Below are positions 16,618 through 16,783 of a stretch of 16,783 bases of DNA, in pieces. The translations under genes and the position numbers were made by a program. Below the pieces are notes generated by a model, which worked only from the letters and a program-made list of their open reading frames with translations, did not search any database and was not told where the DNA came from. How positions within the stretch are numbered: the first letter of the stretch is position 1; every line of letters begins with the position of its first letter. Source of the DNA: Bdellovibrionota bacterium (GTDB lineage: Bacteria; Bdellovibrionota_C; UBA2361; JBGSMV01); contig JBIKWF010000102.1 in NCBI GenBank assembly GCA_044356455.1, forward strand, positions 1 through 16,783, read 5' to 3'.

Positions 16618-16783
16618 ATGGCGTTTGTAGAAGTATACCAACATCTGGTTCAGGCTCAGCAGGTTGGGGCTCCGATATTCCAATCTATCGAGCCAATGTC
16701 ATGCGCGTCGAACTGCTCATACTTTTTTGACGGCCAGCCTGGATGTCCGGGAAGTTCTTTTACCGCTATTGGAGCCGCTTTTG
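16618..16783 (+). CDS. 5' part of the next operon gene, truncated by the window edge; product unknown
   Basis: ATG 16618 follows CAGGGG and lies 15 nt after the previous stop. The frame is open to the end of the window: MAFVEVYQHLVQAQQVGAPIFQSIEPMSCASNCSYFFDGQPGCPGSSFTAIGAAF. Confidence 0.5.
   Translation, partial: MAFVEVYQHLVQAQQVGAPIFQSIEPMSCASNCSYFFDGQPGCPGSSFTAIGAAF

Overview
Bacterial chromosomal window. It opens with a complete glycine decarboxylase gene (gcvP, 49-3108). The rest interleaves three things. (i) A family of 27-nt GTAG-tailed REP hairpins, arranged as inverted doublets or tandem BIME/REPIN-like arrays at five loci (3117-3918, 9754-10136, 11295-11400, 12336-12420, 13452-13560). 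(ii) At least six toxin-antitoxin-type modules: XRE-HTH + nucleotidyltransferase, Phd-VapC, HTH-MNT + HEPN, small protein + nucleotidyltransferase, an orphan RHH antitoxin, and HigBA. Several of these have their own, apparently leaderless, promoter with an operator repeat. (iii) A co-directional run of signal-peptide proteins whose motifs and order resemble a very divergent F-type conjugative/T4SS pilus-assembly region (TraW-, TraU-, TrbC-, TraF- and TraH-like). The most striking structure is a REP-TA-REP-TA-REP-TA-REP cassette array (9754-13560). It lies between the trbC-like and traF-like genes, where traN sits in F. At two of its junctions the REP GTAG supplies the stop codon of the upstream gene. 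No RAYT transposase, integrase or relaxase is visible in the window. All family assignments come from motif recognition by eye, not from database searches.
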